Assembly: GCA_965214705.1 (NCBI GenBank)
Contig: CBDCCI010000002.1
Coordinates: 2,240,001 to 2,304,000 of the forward strand
Origin: Alphaproteobacteria bacterium
Lineage (GTDB): Bacteria; Pseudomonadota; Alphaproteobacteria; UBA828
Direction of reading: 5' to 3'
Length of the DNA stretch: 64,000 nucleotides
The notes below the pieces were generated by a model. That model was not told the origin of the DNA and made no database searches. It saw only the letters and a list, made by a program, of their open reading frames with translations. Shown one piece after another: positions 44,709-53,858 of this stretch; position 1 is the first letter of the stretch; each line of letters starts with the position of its first letter. A program made the translations under genes and the position numbers.

Positions 44709-45893
44709 ATGCCGAAGAGAAGCACCCTCCGCCTCACCACCCGCAGCGTCGCCGCCCTGCCGGCCACCGGCAGCGACGCCGTGCACTGGGACCGCGATCT
44801 CGCGGGCTTCGGCGTGCGCATCCAGCGCAACGGCCGCAAGGTCTACGTCGTCCAGTCGCGCGGGCCCGCCGGGCTGAAGCGCGTCACCCTCGGACCCGTC
44901 GCCGGGGAGGCAATCGACCAGCGACGCCGCGAGGCCGCCGAGGTCATCGACCGCATCAAGCGCGGCCTCGACCCGGTCCCGCCGGAGCCCGAGCCCGACC
45001 CCACCGTCGCCGACCTCGCGGAGCGCTGCATGCGCGCCTACGTGAAGGTCCACTGCAAGCCGAAGACGGAAAGCCTCTACCGGACCGCCATCGACCTTCA
45101 CATCGTCCCCGCGCTCGGCGCCATGGCGGTGAAGGACGTGCGCTCCAGCCACGTCATCGAATTCCACGACTGCCTGCGCGACACGCCGTCGATGGCCAAC
45201 CACCTCATACGCATGCTGTCGAAGATGTTCACGCTCGCGCAGACATGGGACCTCGTGCCCCGGGGCCGCAATCCCTGCCGGGCGGTCAACCAATACCGCG
45301 AGCACTCCCGGGAGCGGTTCCTGTCGCCCGAGGAGTACCGGAGCGTCGGCGCTTCTCTCAAGGCCGCGGAAGCCGAGGGCTGGATGTGGCCGCCGGCGAT
45401 CGCGGCGATCCGCCTGCTGATGCTGACCGGCTGCCGCAAGTCCGAAATCCTCACCCTTCGTTGGGACGACGTCGACCGCACGGCGGGCGAGTTCCGGCTC
45501 CGCGACGGCAAGCGTGGTCCGCGCATGGTGCCGCTGACCACGCCGGCGCTGAAGGTCCTCGACGGCATCGAGCGCGTCGACGGCAATCCCTGGGTCATCC
45601 GGAGCAGGAAGCCCGACATCCACCTGCCCGACCTGACCTACTACTGGAACCGCATCCAGGCCCATGCCGGGCTGGAAGGGGTGCGCATCCATGACCTGCG
45701 TCACAGCCACGCCTCGCGGGCGCTCGCGCTCGGCGAGAGCCTGACCATGATCGGCCGGCTGCTCGGGCATTCCAAGGTCGGCACCACCGCCCGGTATGCG
45801 CATCTCGTGCACGACGCCGAGAAGGCCGCCGCGGCGCGCACCGGCGACAGCATCGGCGCCCATCTCGCGCCGCAAGACGCCGAGGCGGCTTAG
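44709..45893 (+). CDS. Tyrosine recombinase/integrase A (P4-like arm-binding N-terminus)
   Basis: WDRDLAGFGVR arm domain; TGCRKSE, HDLRH, LLGH, TARYAH catalytic set complete. Confidence 0.93.
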   Translation: MPKRSTLRLTTRSVAALPATGSDAVHWDRDLAGFGVRIQRNGRKVYVVQSRGPAGLKRVTLGPVAGEAIDQRRREAAEVIDRIKRGLDPVPPEPEPDPTVADLAERCMRAYVKVHCKPKTESLYRTAIDLHIVPALGAMAVKDVRSSHVIEFHDCLRDTPSMANHLIRMLSKMFTLAQTWDLVPRGRNPCRAVNQYREHSRERFLSPEEYRSVGASLKAAEAEGWMWPPAIAAIRLLMLTGCRKSEILTLRWDDVDRTAGEFRLRDGKRGPRMVPLTTPALKVLDGIERVDGNPWVIRSRKPDIHLPDLTYYWNRIQAHAGLEGVRIHDLRHSHASRALALGESLTMIGRLLGHSKVGTTARYAHLVHDAEKAAAARTGDSIGAHLAPQDAEAA

Positions 45894-45905
45894 GGAGCGC
45901 GGGCG

Positions 45906-47102
45906 ATGGCAGTGCTGCAAACCAGGAAGCTCTCCAACCGCACCGTGGCGGCGCTCTCGGTCGAGCGCGACACGGTGTTCTGGGACCGCGAGCTCACCGG
46001 CTTCGGGGTCCGGGTGTATCCGGCCGGCGGCAAGGTCTTCGTCGCCCAGGCGCGCGGCCCCGACGGGCCGGACAATCGACACAAGCCGAGGCGGATCACG
46101 GTCGGGCGCCACCCGGTGCTCAACGCCGAGCAGGCGCGCCAGCGCGCCGCCCTCATCATCGCGCGGGTCAAGGCCGGGGAAGAGCCGGTGCCGCTGCCGC
46201 TCCCGGCGAAATACGCCAAAGGCCCGAAGGTGGCGGACCTGGCCAAACGCTATCTCGAAGACCATGTCACGGTCCGCTGCAAGCCGAAGACGCAGCGCAC
46301 CGCGCGCAGCGTGGTCAACCGCCACATTGTGCCGGCGCTCGGCAGGCTGCCGCTCCAGGCGGTGGAGCGGAGCCACGTCATGGCGATGCACGAGAGCCTC
46401 TGCGAAATCCCCGCGATGGCCAACATGGCGGTCGAGACCCTGAGCCACATGTACAAGCTCGCCCGGGGCTGGGACATGGTGCCCGAGGACTGCGACGACC
46501 CCTGCGAGTCCATCCCGCTGAACCCGAAGCGCAAGCGGGAGCGGTTCCTCACCGACGCCGAGTTCACCAAGCTCGGTCAGGTGCTGGACGAGGTCTCGAA
46601 CAATGGCAGTCAGGTATCGGCCGGGGCGATCACGACGATCCGCCTGCTGATGCTGACGGGCTGCCGCAAGAGCGAGATCATGAGCCTCCCCTGGAAGCAC
46701 GTCGATCTCGACCGGGCCGAGATGCGCATCGTCAACGGGAAGACCGGAGACCGCACGGTCCACCTGTCGCCGGCAGCGGTCGGCATGCTCGCGGCTCTGC
46801 CGCGCGAGCCGGGCAATCCCTGGGTCGTTCCGGGAGCCAAGCCGGGCACCCACATGGCCGACATCGACGGGGCGTGGCAGAGCATCCGCGCGAAGGCCGG
46901 ACTGCACGACGTGCGCATCCACGACATCAGGCATTCCTTCGCCTCCCGGGCGCTCGCGCTCGGCGAGGGGCTGCCGATCATCGGCCGGCTGCTCGGTCAC
47001 CGCAGGGTGGAAACGACCGCGCGCTATGCTCATCTCGCGCGTGACTCAGTGAGGGAATCCGCCGAGCGCATCGCCCTCAGTATCGCGGCCGATATCCTGT
47101 AG
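45906..47102 (+). CDS. Tyrosine recombinase/integrase B
   Basis: Same architecture; TGCRKSE, KTG, HDIRH, LLGH, TARYAH; 12 bp after integrase A. Confidence 0.93.
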   Translation: MAVLQTRKLSNRTVAALSVERDTVFWDRELTGFGVRVYPAGGKVFVAQARGPDGPDNRHKPRRITVGRHPVLNAEQARQRAALIIARVKAGEEPVPLPLPAKYAKGPKVADLAKRYLEDHVTVRCKPKTQRTARSVVNRHIVPALGRLPLQAVERSHVMAMHESLCEIPAMANMAVETLSHMYKLARGWDMVPEDCDDPCESIPLNPKRKRERFLTDAEFTKLGQVLDEVSNNGSQVSAGAITTIRLLMLTGCRKSEIMSLPWKHVDLDRAEMRIVNGKTGDRTVHLSPAAVGMLAALPREPGNPWVVPGAKPGTHMADIDGAWQSIRAKAGLHDVRIHDIRHSFASRALALGEGLPIIGRLLGHRRVETTARYAHLARDSVRESAERIALSIAADIL

Positions 47103-47160
47103 CCTCGCTTGCGATCTACCTGGGATGCGCACTTCAAAATCAGGACACTGATCATCGATG

Positions 47161-48588
47161 CTATTGCAGTCCCAGAACCATCGAACGCTTGGCGTCGTAG
47201 GTCTTGACGTAACCCCCTAGCAGGTGCCACTCGTCCCTCACCGATCTAGCCGGATCCCATCCACAAATCAGAAGCTCCGAAACGCCGTAGATAAACAGCA
47301 GGGTATCCGTAAGGAAGAGCACAACTGCCAAATCCGCGTAGTCAATGTCGGCCCCACTCCGATCATCAGGTCCGTGCGTGTAATGGTTACGACAATTCAC
47401 GGCGAGTCGAATCACGTCCTCTATTCGTTTCAAGCTATCTCGTCCAAAACGGTCCAGTACTATTTCAGCCCGATATTCCACGATACTGCGAAGCGGAATC
47501 TTCCTGCGAGAGCGGCCTAGCGGCTCTGTCTTGGGTTTGTCTTCACTTGGTAGAAGATCGAAAGTGTTGGCAGCCGATACGATACCGTCTTCGATAACCC
47601 GATCCGATGTTCCCGGGAAGCCACCGAGAAAGCGCAGGTTGGCGCTCTTTCGCTTTGCGTTGCCATTGCGCTTCAGCCACTTCTGCATCACATCCATGAA
47701 GTGATCGGGATGGCGTGATGCGTCGATCAGAGTTCCGCAGTCCCTTGCGCCGTCGGGAATTTCCGTCCATTCATTCGGACCGAACGCTTCGAGATCGCCG
47801 TCCGTATCTCGCCGGAAACCATCTTCGTCCAGCCGCGAGGTAAAGACCAGCACGTCTTTCCACCCCGGCACGTATCCCATTACCCATGCGAAGAACTGGC
47901 GGATTTCCCGCATCTTCTCCCACGCGTCCTCCAGCGTGGTCGGATCGCCATCGAAGTCCACCGCAATGCGCGGCGTGTCTTCAATGCTGCGCCCGAAGAA
48001 GTCAACCTGCATCGACCGCCCGACGTGCACGGTCCCCAGAACGGTTTCGAATCGCGGAAGGTAGTCCCAATCCCCCGTGAAGTAGGACACCATCGCCCCT
48101 CCCTTCACGAATTCACCTTTCAAGTAGTCGGGCCTTGTCCTCTTGATCGCGTCTAGGATGGCTTCATCCGGGTCATGCAAGTGACCGAATCTTTCGAACT
48201 TGTCGTGCGCGAATACGCTCGCCTCCGCTCCCTCCAGTGTGAATTGGATGCCCCGGATGCACTTCTCGTCGATGCCGACGTGCCGCGTCCCAAATAGCGT
48301 GTACCGGAAGGAGACGTCTCCGTGATGTATCGCGAAATCACCCCAGCTGGTCGTGCCTAACATCCCGCCTCGTACGCAGTCCAGCACCGACACTTTCCCG
48401 GCCTCCGAGAGGCCGTGCAGGCAACCTCCCTCAGCGATGTGGAAGAACTCGTCGTCCGCGATGCTGACGACGTTGCTGTCGAACAGATCGCCTCTCTTCA
48501 GCTTCAACTGTCCGGCGATTCGCCGTCCTTTCCCGGCGTCGAACAGCACCCCGATTGGACGCTTGTACTTGTCTTCTCCGCGCAACAT
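47161..48588 (-). CDS. ApeA-like protein with C-terminal HEPN domain
   Basis: RNHYTH (RxxxxH) near C-terminus; beta-rich N-terminus (LHGLSEAGKVSVLDC) like ApeA N-terminal domain; AAGGA RBS before ATG 48588. Confidence 0.7.
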   Translation of the reverse strand: MLRGEDKYKRPIGVLFDAGKGRRIAGQLKLKRGDLFDSNVVSIADDEFFHIAEGGCLHGLSEAGKVSVLDCVRGGMLGTTSWGDFAIHHGDVSFRYTLFGTRHVGIDEKCIRGIQFTLEGAEASVFAHDKFERFGHLHDPDEAILDAIKRTRPDYLKGEFVKGGAMVSYFTGDWDYLPRFETVLGTVHVGRSMQVDFFGRSIEDTPRIAVDFDGDPTTLEDAWEKMREIRQFFAWVMGYVPGWKDVLVFTSRLDEDGFRRDTDGDLEAFGPNEWTEIPDGARDCGTLIDASRHPDHFMDVMQKWLKRNGNAKRKSANLRFLGGFPGTSDRVIEDGIVSAANTFDLLPSEDKPKTEPLGRSRRKIPLRSIVEYRAEIVLDRFGRDSLKRIEDVIRLAVNCRNHYTHGPDDRSGADIDYADLAVVLFLTDTLLFIYGVSELLICGWDPARSVRDEWHLLGGYVKTYDAKRSMVLGLQ

Positions 48589-48756
48589 CAGTTCCTTCTC
48601 CACCACCTTCCGCACCGCCAGGCGCTAACGTGCCATGCAAGATCAACGGCGAGCGCTCAGTCAACTACCGCACGGGCTAACGGCATCTCACGCGCGCCTC
48701 TCATTTCGACCACCGACTCGTGCAGTGTGGCCAGCACTTCGCTCCCATAGTGCCGA

Positions 48757-51102
48757 CTATTGGGATGCGTGGACGAGTGGAGCGTCGCTGTTCGGCGGGT
48801 CCGCGGCGCCAACCTCCTCCGACGCTTGCTCCGGGAGCGAGTCGCGGACGGAGTCGATCGCCCCCTTGACCAACTGCTTGACGGCATCGATGAACCGTTG
48901 CACGTGAAGCATATCGTCAGACCCGCCACCAGGAATCGGAACCTGACGCTCGTAGAGCGCTTCGATTTTCACCTTGCGGTCGAAGGTGCTGCCACGGCCC
49001 CGGAAGGCGTATGCTTCATGCCACTGAGGTTGCGGCTCTTCTCGCAGTTGGCGGTTGCAGAACCGGACAAGCTCCCCCGATACGCATTCCTTCACTCGTT
49101 CGAGGATCGCCCTCTTGTCTTCGGCGCTTGGGTTCCCTTGCCAGCGTACCGGGCTCTCCAAGAAACGGGCAATCGCAAGTGTCATGTCGTTCAGCAGATT
49201 CGATACCGGACGTATGTGGTAGCCATCGTCGAAGCCCTCTGCATAACGACGGCTCACCGCCTTGACGCTCTGCCACGGGAGGGGCCGAAACTCGCTATGG
49301 CGCTCGAGGCCCAGCTGACCGCGCCATTGCATTCGGAAACTTTCGACTCCTCTGTGCAATGCGAGTACCAACAAGTCATCAGTGTATTCGGGGAAGGCCC
49401 GCACAGGAGCAGCTGGCGCCACAATCGAGGTGAGACGGTCGAACAGAGCGTTAAGTTCCGGAACGGCAGCCTTTGGATCGGCCTTCTGGAGCGAGCCGAG
49501 ATAGAAGGAGTTGCGCTCAAGATGCGCAAGCATGAACCGAGCAACGTCTGGTGTCATCGACTTGGCAATCTGGTGTTCTGCCACGTTGCGAACCCCGTCA
49601 AACGTGTAGTCCCGCTTCGCCTGCCAGCCTTGGATATTGTCTCCCTTTACGGCGTCCATACGACTAAACACCAGCATCGTCTTGATCGTCTGACCGGCGC
49701 CACCGATAGTCTCTAGAGCCTTCCCTCCCTCGAAGGAGAACGCCACATCGCCCTTGTGCAGGAGCAGGATCGCATCGCTCTCCGCGAACAGCGAGACAAT
49801 GTGATCTGGAACATCGGGGGTCATGTTGGCTTTGTGGCCGAGACCCTCTGTGTCGATGAGAACGAAGCGCGGCAGTTCGGCATGGGAAGACCAGGAAGGG
49901 GCAAATGGCCCGGCGACCCGGATACCGTTGACCAGCGGAGTGAGCAGCTTTCCCCACAGATCGCGATCGATTCCCGAGAAAAAGCGGACGGCGGTAAGGA
50001 ACTCTCGTCGACTATCGGGCGGCGCCGTCATCAGCCAAAGCCGGGGCCAGCCGGTTGTCGTCGTGCGAACACGACCGAACGGAATATTCTTGGACTTCTC
50101 ACGCAAATCGTCGAGCAATTCGCCGGCTAGGGTGGCGTAGTCGTCGGATTGCTCCGCCAGTTCCTGTATCCAGTCGAGAGCGGTGTTACGTTCATCGGAC
50201 GACAACGCGTCGAGAGGACCTAGCAACGTCTCGACTTCATTGCGAGCGGCGGCTGTGATCTCGCGTATGGCCCCAACGTAGGCACGGAGCTTGCTGGAGA
50301 GGGCCTCGGTCTCAGCGGGTGTGACCGCCAGGGCTGAAGCGTCCCCCTGATCTTCCTGAACCTCTCCAGTATCGTCATCCGGAATCTCGTAAGGGTCGAT
50401 GTCCACCTCTCCTCGAGGCCAATCGCCCAGCAAATACTTGAGGCGAAACCGCATATCGCTGCGTTCAAGAAAGACCTTGGCGATGTCGGCATCGGTCGCA
50501 TCGTCGACGGTGCGCAAAACCGCCCCGGAAAGGCTCTGGCGGACCTCGAAGTCAGCCTCTTCCTCAGACATGAAGGTGATCGCGGCCGAGTATTCCTCGC
50601 GACCCGTAACGACCTCGGTCTCGCAGGTTGTCGTTCGATTGACCGACGTTGACGGGAAGCGGTCGTAGACGGGATGCGAACCGATCAGTTGGCGTACCAG
50701 CGTTGTCTTGCCGGCGCCAGGAACACCGAGAAGCAGAATACGGGGATAGCCCTCGCCGCGTGGTGGAAAAGGCAGGTGCTCATCTCGAAGCGCCCGATAG
50801 TCTTGCCTCTTGGATTCAATACCGTCGTAGAAGATCTCGATGACCCGGGGGTCAAAGTGGGCCGCCGCCTTGGCGCGCGCGGCCGGCGAATGAAACGCCG
50901 GATCCGCGAGAAGGCGATTGAGCTGTTCGACCAATGCCTCAGCAACAGTTTTTTCGTCCGTCCCAAGCCCTTTTCGAACCTTCCGTCCGGGTTTCCCCTG
51001 ATTGGAGGGGTCCGGTCGCGATGGATGGCGAAAATCCACGATGAAGGAGCGACGACCGGGATTCTGCCTGACTGAAGCGGTAAACGGCGCCTTCATGACC
51101 AC
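48757..51102 (-). CDS. Large P-loop GTPase (dynamin/TRAFAC-like) with integrase-arm-like N-terminal domain
   Basis: G1 GVPGAGKT, G2 RTTT, G3 DTEG, G4-like SRMD; long helical insert and tail; N-terminal FIVDFRHP...RKVRKGLGTD...AEAL. Confidence 0.7.
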   Translation of the reverse strand: MVMKAPFTASVRQNPGRRSFIVDFRHPSRPDPSNQGKPGRKVRKGLGTDEKTVAEALVEQLNRLLADPAFHSPAARAKAAAHFDPRVIEIFYDGIESKRQDYRALRDEHLPFPPRGEGYPRILLLGVPGAGKTTLVRQLIGSHPVYDRFPSTSVNRTTTCETEVVTGREEYSAAITFMSEEEADFEVRQSLSGAVLRTVDDATDADIAKVFLERSDMRFRLKYLLGDWPRGEVDIDPYEIPDDDTGEVQEDQGDASALAVTPAETEALSSKLRAYVGAIREITAAARNEVETLLGPLDALSSDERNTALDWIQELAEQSDDYATLAGELLDDLREKSKNIPFGRVRTTTTGWPRLWLMTAPPDSRREFLTAVRFFSGIDRDLWGKLLTPLVNGIRVAGPFAPSWSSHAELPRFVLIDTEGLGHKANMTPDVPDHIVSLFAESDAILLLHKGDVAFSFEGGKALETIGGAGQTIKTMLVFSRMDAVKGDNIQGWQAKRDYTFDGVRNVAEHQIAKSMTPDVARFMLAHLERNSFYLGSLQKADPKAAVPELNALFDRLTSIVAPAAPVRAFPEYTDDLLVLALHRGVESFRMQWRGQLGLERHSEFRPLPWQSVKAVSRRYAEGFDDGYHIRPVSNLLNDMTLAIARFLESPVRWQGNPSAEDKRAILERVKECVSGELVRFCNRQLREEPQPQWHEAYAFRGRGSTFDRKVKIEALYERQVPIPGGGSDDMLHVQRFIDAVKQLVKGAIDSVRDSLPEQASEEVGAADPPNSDAPLVHASQ

Positions 51103-51123
51103 GAGTCCTATGATGTTCCAGGG

Positions 51124-51183
51124 TGTGCCATACTACTGGCCGAGCACCATATCGTCAAGCCGAATTTGGCACACGCTGGCACA
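51124..51183 (-). promoter_or_regulatory. Sigma70 promoter for the GTPase flanked by three TGGCACA boxes
   Basis: Minus strand TTGACG (51158-51153)-N17-TAGTAT (51135-51130); TGTGCCA 51124-51130, TGGCACA 51167 and 51177. Confidence 0.65.
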
Positions 51184-51268
51184 ACGCTTCACCTAGGCTG
51201 TCGATGACGGGCTGTTCAGGAACAAGATGCCGACCGGCGCGATCGACCGCGCGGAATTGGCGCTGGGG

Positions 51269-52357
51269 CTCCAACCGCACCGTGGCGGCGCTCTCGGTCG
51301 AGCGCGACACGGTGTTCTGGGACCGCGAGCTCACCGGTTTCGGGGTCCGGGTGTATCCTGCCGGCGGCAAGGTCTTCGTCGCCGAGCAGGCACGACAGCG
51401 GGCCGCGCTCATCATCGCGCGGGTCAAGGCCGGCGAGGAGCCGGTCCCGCTGCCGCTCCCGGCGAAATACGCCAAAGGCCCGAAGGTGGCGGACCTGGCC
51501 AAGCGCTATCTCGAAGACCATATCGCTGTCCGCTGCAAGCCCAAGACACAGCGCACCGCGCGCAGCGTAGTCAACCGCCATATCGTGCCGGCACTGGGCA
51601 GGCTGCCGCTCCAAGCGGTGGAGCGGAGCCATGTCATGGCCATGCACGAGAGCCTCTGCGAAATCCCCGCGATGGCCAACGTGGCGGTCGAGACGCTGAG
51701 CCACATGTACAAGCTCGCCAGGGGCTGGGACATGGTGCCGGAGGACTGCGACGACCCCTGCGAGTCCATCCCGCTGAACCCGAAGCGCAAGCGCGAGCGG
51801 TTCCTCACCGACGCCGAGTTCACCCGCCTCGGGCAGGTGCTGGACGAGGTCTCATGCAACGGCAGTCAGGTATCGGCCGGGGCGATCACGACGATCCGCC
51901 TGCTGATGCTGACGGGCTGCCGCAGAGCGAGATCATGGCCCTGCCCTGGAAGCACGTCGATCTCGAACAGGCCGAGATGCGCATCGTCAACGGGAAGACC
52001 GGCGACCGCACCGTTCACCTGTCGCCGGCGGCGGTCGGCGTGCTCGCGGCCCTGCCGCGCCAGCCGGACAATCCCTGGGTCGTTCCCGGCGCCAAGCCGG
52101 GCACGCACATGGCAGACATCGACGGGGCTTGGCAGAGCATCCGCGCGAAGGCCGGGCTTCACGACGTGCGCATCCATGACATCCGCCACAGCTTCGCCTC
52201 CCGGGCGCTCGCGCTCGGCGAGGGGCTGCCGATCATCGGCCGGCTGCTTGGTCACCGCAGGGTGGAGACGACCGCGCGGTATACGCATCTCGCGCGCGAC
52301 TCGGTCAGGGAGTCCGCCGAGCACGTCGCCCTCAGCATCGCCGCCGATATTCTGTAG
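51269..52357 (+). pseudogene. Decayed near-copy of integrase B
   Basis: Missing start; 81-bp in-frame deletion (equivalent to 46047-46127, CGCC microhomology); 1-bp deletion in TGCRKSE near 51924. Confidence 0.92.
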
Positions 52358-52487
52358 GCGCTTCAATCCGACCTGCATGAAAGCACGGCATATGCGGGGT
52401 TCCCCATTCGCCCGCCTCTCCGAACTTGCCAGGAACACCGTCGCCCGATAGCCTAAGTTGACACATCAGCAGGCTTGGAACTCTCCC

Positions 52488-52814
52488 ATGGCGACCGTCC
52501 TGAACCCATCGCCGAACCACTGGGTGGTTCACCTAGCATCGCGGTCCGAGGCCGACAGCGAGGTCACGGTGGAGTTGCGCATGAGCAAGGCTACCGCCGA
52601 CAGGCTCGCCCGCCTCGTAACTGCGCAAATTGCGGAACTCAACCCCGGTACGCCCTGCTCAACCAGCCAGGACGTAGGTTCCGCGGTTCTCACCGTCGTG
52701 TCTTCAGCTGCCGCCGTCGCCCGGGTCAAGGAATGTGCAAGCGGCTCCGACCAACAGGAAGTCATGGATCTCATCGAGGACGAGGTGAGCGCCGCACGTG
52801 CGGGTCGTCCTTGA
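52488..52814 (+). CDS. Hypothetical protein, possible antitoxin
   Basis: Ends MDLIEDEVSAARAGRP and overlaps a PIN-toxin-like start. Confidence 0.4.
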   Translation: MATVLNPSPNHWVVHLASRSEADSEVTVELRMSKATADRLARLVTAQIAELNPGTPCSTSQDVGSAVLTVVSSAAAVARVKECASGSDQQEVMDLIEDEVSAARAGRP

Positions 52815-52830
52815 CACGCACGTAGTGGGT
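52798..52830 (+). pseudogene. Truncated PIN-domain toxin start
   Basis: GTG start after GAGGTG; MRVVLDTHVV resembles PIN N-terminus MRVVLDTNV; similarity lost after about 10 codons. Confidence 0.45.
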
Positions 52831-53616
52831 AATGCTAAACCCCTGTTATATAAGTCCTATTTCCTCCGCTTCAAAATCCGCAAGCGTTTAGGTAGCGATC
52901 GCGCTTCAAATATGCACGCGTTCTCGGACCCCCTCTACGCTTCCCTGACGAAACCGTCCTCCGCCGGCCACCGTCCCTAGAATCGGACTCGCCGATTCTC
53001 CGGTGGGCTCGACCCGGTACGGACGAACAGTCTCCACCAAAGACGGGCACGGCGTGGTCGGCGTCAATCCCCGTCAACGCCACGGCCAAGACCTATAGCG
53101 AGGGAGCCCGCCCCCTACACCGGATGCGCCTCAAGTCTACTGACTAAGCCAGACCGCTCGCGTAGAGTCGTATCCGCGCCCGGGGAACTGATCGGTATCG
53201 ACCGAGATACGCGCTTTCACCCACCCGCGACCGGCGCGGCAGACCGGACGCTTGGCTGCTAGCGCTCCACACCCCAGGTCAGCGGGCCACTGCCTTGACC
53301 GTCGCCACCCGGCGGCGGGCACCTCAACCTCTGTGCAAAACCACCGCTCCCCTTCCAGACGCCACCAAGAGTTAGGGTTGGGCTGCAAGCGGGGCGGTGG
53401 TTGAATGTGTCGTAGAGATCATTCCAGCCGCTGCCATCCCACAGCACCAAGGAGCCGGTACGATGCACTTGGCCATTGCCAATATCAGCAATCCGCGTAC
53501 CAGCCGCGCAACCCGCCCCCATCCACCCAAATCCGTTTCCGAAGACCCAAGGCTACGTCTCCCGCACATCTCCAATCATTCGCGCAGTTCTCCGAGCACA
53601 CCCAACCGGATGATAC

Positions 53617-53668
53617 TGGACATCGACGCGCACCTATGTTACTTTAGTGCCCTCGATGACATAGGTGC
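53617..53668 (+). promoter_or_regulatory. Sigma70 promoter and operator of RHH-methyltransferase operon
   Basis: TGGACA (53617)-N17-TACTTT (53640) with extended TG; perfect inverted repeat GCACCTATGT (53630-53639) / ACATAGGTGC (53659-53668). Confidence 0.75.
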
Positions 53669-53672
53669 TCCG

Positions 53673-53858
53673 ATGCCAAAGGCGAATTCAGGTCGGATTG
53701 TTGTCGCTGTAGACCCGGACCTCAAGCGGCGCCTCTACAGCGTATTGGCCATGGAGAACTCAACCCTTAAGGACTGGTTTATTCGGTCCGCAGAGAACTA
53801 TATCGACGAGACACACAAGCTTACTCAACACTCCAATTCGGAAGGACCCAAGGAATGA
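53673..53858 (+). CDS. Small ribbon-helix-helix regulator (61 aa)
   Basis: SGRIVVAVDPDLKRRLYSVLAMENSTLKDWF; ATGA overlap with methyltransferase. Confidence 0.7.
   Translation: MPKANSGRIVVAVDPDLKRRLYSVLAMENSTLKDWFIRSAENYIDETHKLTQHSNSEGPKE

Noticed and set aside
44532-47033. 833-aa minus-strand ORF with internal repetition
   Set aside because: Antisense of the two integrases; the repetition reflects their paralogy
51167-51183. Sigma54 promoter (TGGCAC...GC)
   Set aside because: GG-to-GC spacing is 9 nt rather than the required 10
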